Below the pieces are notes generated by a model. It did no database searches, was not told the origin of the DNA, and saw nothing but the letters and a program-made list of their open reading frames with translations. Of a stretch of DNA of 64,000 nucleotides, positions 59,805-64,000 are shown piece by piece (the first letter of the stretch is position 1; each line of letters begins with the position of its first letter). Both the position numbers and the translations under genes were made by a program. Origin of the DNA: Minisyncoccota bacterium. GTDB taxonomy: Bacteria > Patescibacteriota > Minisyncoccia > Phycocordibacterales > PALSA-1337. The stretch lies in NCBI GenBank assembly GCA_036517115.1, contig DATDYB010000023.1, forward strand, positions 2,839 through 66,838, written 5' to 3'.

Positions 59805-59992
59805 GTAATGTAAAAATAACGCGTGCATACAGGCGTCGCACAGAGGATTCCTTAATTGGAGTCTTTTTTCTTTTCAGATTTTCCATTTCCGTTTGAATTC
59901 TTCGAGGGTCATGCCTTTTCCGGTTCTCTTCGGGATACGAAACCGCTTCGCCGGAAGTACTTTCTTTTTTCGCTCCATGATATCGTAACGCT

Positions 59993-60658
59993 ATGAATGT
60001 ACGCATTGAGCCATCATGGAAAGAGGCCCTCTCTTCTGAATTTGATCAGGAATATTTTAAAACGCTCACGGAATTTGTAAAAAGCGAGTACAAGAGCGCG
60101 ACAGTATATCCGCCGCCGAAGTTTGTGTTTCATGCGTTTGATCTCTGTCCATTCGACAAAGTAAAGGTGGTTATCTTAGGGCAGGATCCGTATCACGGGC
60201 CTAGTCAGGCCCATGGCCTCTCATTTTCCGTCCCCGAGAAAGTAGCGATCCCGCCTTCGCTTCGAAATATCTACAAGGAAATAGCGAATGATATTGGAGG
60301 GACTATTCCTGCTCATGGCAATCTCGAGCATTGGGCCAAGCAAGGAGTACTTCTTTTAAACGCTACGCTCACCGTGCGAGCGAGCATACCCGGTTCCCAC
60401 CAACACAAGGGCTGGGAGGAATTCACAAATACAGTGATTCGTACCATTTCAGAGAAGAAAGAGAATGTGGTCTTTATTCTGTGGGGGAGATACGCTCGTG
60501 ACAAAAAGGGCCTTATTGATGGCACCAAACATCTCATCCTCGAATCAGCCCATCCTTCACCATTTTCCGCCACTGCCTTTTTCGGTTCCAAACCTTTCAG
60601 TAAAACCAATGAATATCTTAAGAAGCATAAAAAAGAGGGTATTAAGTGGGCAGGGTAA
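59993..60658 (+). CDS. ung: uracil-DNA glycosylase (family 1)
   Basis: 221 aa with VVILGQDPYHGPSQAHGLSFSV, GVLLLNATLTV and HPSPFSA motifs. Confidence 0.9.
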   Translation: MNVRIEPSWKEALSSEFDQEYFKTLTEFVKSEYKSATVYPPPKFVFHAFDLCPFDKVKVVILGQDPYHGPSQAHGLSFSVPEKVAIPPSLRNIYKEIANDIGGTIPAHGNLEHWAKQGVLLLNATLTVRASIPGSHQHKGWEEFTNTVIRTISEKKENVVFILWGRYARDKKGLIDGTKHLILESAHPSPFSATAFFGSKPFSKTNEYLKKHKKEGIKWAG

Positions 60659-60760
60659 TAACGATTGCATTTCAGGCCTTTTTACGGTAATCTAACCTTT
60701 ATCGTTTAAAAAACGTCTTTTTACTATTATTAGAAACGCAAGAACAGGAATTTGAATTTT

Positions 60761-62908
60761 ATGAACCGTGATTATCCATTAGAGAGAGTACGAAACTTCG
60801 GTATTATCGCTCACATCGACGCGGGCAAAACAACCACATCTGAGCGTATTTTGTATTACACCGGTGAAAGTCACAAAATCGGCGAAGTGCATGATGGCAA
60901 TACCACCACCGACTGGATGGAACAGGAACGTGAACGTGGCATCACCATCACCGCCGCCGCCATTACGTGTTTTTGGAACCCGAGCTACAAGGCGAAAGAT
61001 GATTTGAGCCTTAAGCATCGTTTCAACATCATCGATACTCCGGGACACATCGACTTTACCGTGGAAGTGAAGCGCTCGCTTCGCGTACTCGATGGCGCGG
61101 TGGTGGTGTTCGACGGTGTGGCCGGCGTTGAACCGCAATCTGAGACCAACTGGCGCTATGCCGATGATGGTAAGGTGCCCCGAATCTGCTTCATCAACAA
61201 ACTCGACCGAATGGGTGCCTCATTCGAGCGTTCATTCCAGTCTATTCTCGATCGTCTGAATAAAAATGCCGTACGAGTCCAGATCCCAATTGGTCTTGAA
61301 GAAAATTTTGAAGGAGTGATCGACCTTTTGAAAATGAAAGCATTCTTTTTTGAGGGCGAAATGGGTAAGGAGATCGTGGAAAAAGAAATTCCTGCTGAAT
61401 ATCTCGAAGAGGCTAAAAAGCATCGCGCAACATTGGTGGAGAAAATCGTTGAACACGATGATATTCTCATGACATCATTTCTCGATGGACATGAACCGTC
61501 ACTGCCTGATTTGAAACGTGTGCTCCGAAAGGCAACCCTTGAGATCAAGCTTATCCCTGTCTTCACCGGATCAGCCTTGAAAAACCGCGGTGTACAGCTT
61601 GTGCTCGACGGTGTCGTGGACTACCTTCCAAGCCCTCTTGATATTCCCCCTGTTAAAGGAGTTCATCCAGTCACTGGTGACGAAGTTATTCGTCATGCCG
61701 ATGACAGCGAACCTTTCTCTGCGCTCGCCTTTAAGCTTCAGAACGATCCATTCGTCGGACAGCTCACCTTCTTCCGTGTATATTCCGGAACGATCGAGGC
61801 GGGCACATATATCTATAATGCAACAACAGGAGAGCGAGAGCGTCTTGGGCGTATCGTACGACTCCAGGCTGACAAGCGCGAAGAAGTGAAAAAAGTGTTT
61901 TCAGGAGAAATTGCTGCGGCTGTAGGACTGAAAAGCGCGCGAACGTCCCATACTTTCTGCGACGAGAAGGACCCGATCATCCTCGACCCAATCAAGTTCG
62001 TCGAGCCCGTAGTATCGCTTCGTATCGAGCCGAAAACTAAGGCTGACCAAGAGAAAATGGGTATGGCCATGAAAAAACTTGCCGATGAGGATCCTACGTT
62101 TAAAGTTTCTTCTAATGCCGAGACGAATGAAACCATTATTTCGGGCATGGGTGAGCTTCACCTCGAAATCATGGTGGATCGTATGAAGCGAGAATTCGGC
62201 GTACAAGCTGATGTCGGCAAGCCGCAAGTGGCATACCGTGAGACGATTACCGGCGAAGCTGAAGCTGAACATAAATACATCAAACAGTCGGGTGGTAAGG
62301 GTCAGTACGGTCACGTTAAACTTTCAATCCGACCGATGAAACCTATCGAAGAAGGCGCGAAGATTCCGAAGAACGTTAAGCGATATGATCATTTTGAATT
62401 CATCGACTCGATCAAGGGAGGAGTTATTCCGATCGAGTTCATCCCAGCTGTTGAGAAAGGTGTGAAAGAAGCAATGGAGCGGGGAATCGTGGCAGGGTTC
62501 AAAATGGAAGATATTTCCTGTGAACTTACCTTCGGTTCATATCACGATGTGGACTCGTCTGAAATTGCTTACAAGATTGCCGCTTCTCAGGCATTCCAGG
62601 AAGCCGCGAAGCGCGCACGACCAGTCATTCTCGAACCGATTATGAAAGCTGAAGTGCTCGCGCCGGAGAAGTTCTTCGGTGACGTGACTGGAAGTCTCTC
62701 TGCAAAACGAGGATCTATCGAAGGGTTTGAAGACCGACCGGGTGGTGTGAAGGTTATCAACGCCAAAGTGCCTCTTTCTGAAATGTTCGGATATACGACA
62801 CAGCTCCGATCCATGACCGAAGGTCGTGGCAACATCAACATGGAATTTGATCATTACGAAGTAGTACCTCCAAACGTTGAAAAAACTATCGTGGAGAGTA
62901 GGAAATAG
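60761..62908 (+). CDS. fusA: elongation factor G
   Basis: The likely start is [25 protein letters not shown] (ATG at 60761 within ORF 60752-62908). [13 protein letters not shown] and the full five-domain length are present. Confidence 0.95.
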   Translation: MNRDYPLERVRNFGIIAHIDAGKTTTSERILYYTGESHKIGEVHDGNTTTDWMEQERERGITITAAAITCFWNPSYKAKDDLSLKHRFNIIDTPGHIDFTVEVKRSLRVLDGAVVVFDGVAGVEPQSETNWRYADDGKVPRICFINKLDRMGASFERSFQSILDRLNKNAVRVQIPIGLEENFEGVIDLLKMKAFFFEGEMGKEIVEKEIPAEYLEEAKKHRATLVEKIVEHDDILMTSFLDGHEPSLPDLKRVLRKATLEIKLIPVFTGSALKNRGVQLVLDGVVDYLPSPLDIPPVKGVHPVTGDEVIRHADDSEPFSALAFKLQNDPFVGQLTFFRVYSGTIEAGTYIYNATTGERERLGRIVRLQADKREEVKKVFSGEIAAAVGLKSARTSHTFCDEKDPIILDPIKFVEPVVSLRIEPKTKADQEKMGMAMKKLADEDPTFKVSSNAETNETIISGMGELHLEIMVDRMKREFGVQADVGKPQVAYRETITGEAEAEHKYIKQSGGKGQYGHVKLSIRPMKPIEEGAKIPKNVKRYDHFEFIDSIKGGVIPIEFIPAVEKGVKEAMERGIVAGFKMEDISCELTFGSYHDVDSSEIAYKIAASQAFQEAAKRARPVILEPIMKAEVLAPEKFFGDVTGSLSAKRGSIEGFEDRPGGVKVINAKVPLSEMFGYTTQLRSMTEGRGNINMEFDHYEVVPPNVEKTIVESRK

Positions 62909-62932
62909 TCAAAATACCTGGAAGAGAATATC

Positions 62933-62963
62933 AAAATGTGCAACACCCGGTGTTGCACATTTT
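62933..62963 (+). terminator. fusA terminator
   Basis: aaaatgtgcaacac-ccg-gtgttgcacatttt (11-bp core stem plus A/T extension). Confidence 0.75.
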
Positions 62964-63159
62964 GCTAAATGTTGAATAACCTACGCAAAGAGATGTTTAC
63001 CTACTTTTGATCATAGAGATTAGGTTCGTCTTGAAGATGCCCATCACGCCAACCTGTCGTCAGGGGATACGTTTCGGGTTATCCACAGTACCTCCCTTGT
63101 GCGTGGTGGGGACTACAGAGTCGTGGTATTATTTCCACATTAACACTTATTTTTTACTA

Positions 63160-64000
63160 ATGAAAAAATTCATCCTCGTCGGCCTTTTAATGTTTTCGTT
63201 CGTTATTCTTCCGGTAGTTGGAGTAGCCGAATCGGAAATTGAGCGGGCTATCAACAACCTCGTATCATCGGGTTCTATTTCAAAACAACAAGCAGAGGAG
63301 ACGAGGAAGATTCTAGGTCTACCTGTGGTTAGCGGCACGTACACTGCCGGAGGATCCAGCTTTTGCTACAACTGGACAAGGAATTTGCCAGTAGGTTCGA
63401 CCGGCCCCGATGTCGAGGCATTAAATGAAGCATTATCTCAAGAGGGTATTGCGGATAGAATTCTGAGTGCTCGGTCATATTATGATGAGGCGACGGCTTC
63501 AAACGTAACCCGTTTTCAAGAAAAATATCGTTCTGAAATCCTCACCCCTAGCGGCTTTTCGAGCGGCACCGGCAATGTCGGCCCTGCAACCCGCGCAAAG
63601 CTCAATCAGTTATACGCGTGTGGTACTTTACAAGCACAACCTTTACAATCTTCGATCATAGTAACGTCTCCAAATGGGGGAGAAACATTTACTACGGGGA
63701 GTAACGTTACCATCCGATGGGATGCTCGTAATATAAGCACCACTGACGAATTCTTCGTCACTTACAGAAAAGACTCAGGATACACACTAACAACTACTAT
63801 AGGTCGTACTAAAGGAAGTTCGATTAACTGGGTGGTTCCAACTGTCGCTGGAAAATATAAGGTTACAGTCCAACTCATTAGCAAGCCTACCCTCTCAGAT
63901 TCGAGTGATAATTGGTTCACTGTAGCAGTTCCGACTACTACACCGACGCCGCCTGTTGTTGTAACCCCGACGATAAGTAGTTTGTCACCATCGAGTGGTG
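63160..64000 (+). CDS. secreted PG_binding_1 plus Kre9/KNH-like module protein (N-terminal 280 aa; continues beyond the window)
   Basis: Absent from the ORF track because it is open at the window end. Begins MKKFILVGLLMFSFVILPVVGVAESE..., then GPDVEALNEALSQEG...VTRFQEKY...GPATRAKLNQLY, then IIVTSPNGGETFTTGSNVTIRWDA...GKYKVTVQL...SDNWFTV. Confidence 0.7.
   Translation, partial: MKKFILVGLLMFSFVILPVVGVAESEIERAINNLVSSGSISKQQAEETRKILGLPVVSGTYTAGGSSFCYNWTRNLPVGSTGPDVEALNEALSQEGIADRILSARSYYDEATASNVTRFQEKYRSEILTPSGFSSGTGNVGPATRAKLNQLYACGTLQAQPLQSSIIVTSPNGGETFTTGSNVTIRWDARNISTTDEFFVTYRKDSGYTLTTTIGRTKGSSINWVVPTVAGKYKVTVQLISKPTLSDSSDNWFTVAVPTTTPTPPVVVTPTISSLSPSSG

Noticed and set aside
59785-60006. A 73-aa minus-strand ORF between the orphan gene and ung.
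   Set aside because: It overlaps the ung start and promoter, has no RBS or -10 context, and has a featureless sequence. Only the shorter alternative-frame sORF is kept, as a low-interest note.
63020-63135. A ydaO-type c-di-AMP riboswitch upstream of the cell-wall-binding protein gene.
   Set aside because: Only vague resemblances were seen (GGGGA-like strings and a CGACAG-like string on the wrong strand). The pseudo-symmetric conserved core could not be aligned.
1-64000. A CRISPR array, transposase, integrase or prophage genes.
   Set aside because: There is no short direct repeat with regular unique spacers. The repeated DNA is either coding modules within the 4010-aa gene or isolated hairpin elements. 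No recombinase-like ORF was recognised.
1-64000. tRNA or rRNA genes in intergenic regions.
   Set aside because: Reading the intergenic stretches, I found no cloverleaf-compatible sequence with a GTTCGAATC-type T-arm and no rRNA-like segment. This was by eye only, so tRNAscan/Infernal should confirm it.
1-64000. An alternative genetic code (UGA as sense), as in some CPR lineages.
   Set aside because: TGA terminates well-defined genes at the expected length, for example the 4010-aa gene, the RHH antitoxin and recJ. Conserved proteins show no in-frame TGA.

Overview
This 64-kb window reads like a reduced-genome bacterium with a Gram-positive-type envelope, most plausibly a Patescibacteria/CPR (Parcubacteria-like) lineage. 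That assignment is inferred from gene content: RNase Y, a trigger factor without a PPIase domain, a TrmB regulator, ComEC, pilB/pilC with pseudopilins, and giant surface proteins. The code is standard, with TGA used as a stop. The left flank carries rny, clpP, rsmE, tig, ppa and nusA. The right flank carries tpiA-pgk, recJ, rnhA, comEC, a superoxide dismutase, rpmB and rpsL-rpsG-(insert)-fusA. The centre (about 11.5-47 kb) is a cell-surface island. It holds three Sec-signal giant proteins (2556, 853 and 4010 aa) built from adhesin-type modules and interleaved with small single-pass membrane proteins. A type IV pilus-like operon follows (pilB, pilC, four prepilin-like genes), then secreted CotH-like and peptidoglycan-binding proteins. 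The most notable signal is that all three giant proteins end in the same extreme C-terminal tail, (I/V)(D/N)P(T/S)(F/Y)(K/N)E(I/F)-stop, with no hydrophobic anchor after it. I do not recognise this as a described motif, so it is a candidate sorting or docking signal. Other signals are two RelE/ParE toxin-antitoxin pairs, -10 boxes (often TGn-extended) placed 6-8 nt before many start codons (leaderless-type genes), and a leader terminator before nusA. There are also two families of repeated intergenic hairpin units, a structured tpiA leader, a split comEC and an interrupted str operon. I recognised no rRNA, tRNA, CRISPR array, transposase or integrase. All calls come from reading the sequence and ORF translations by eye; no searches were run.
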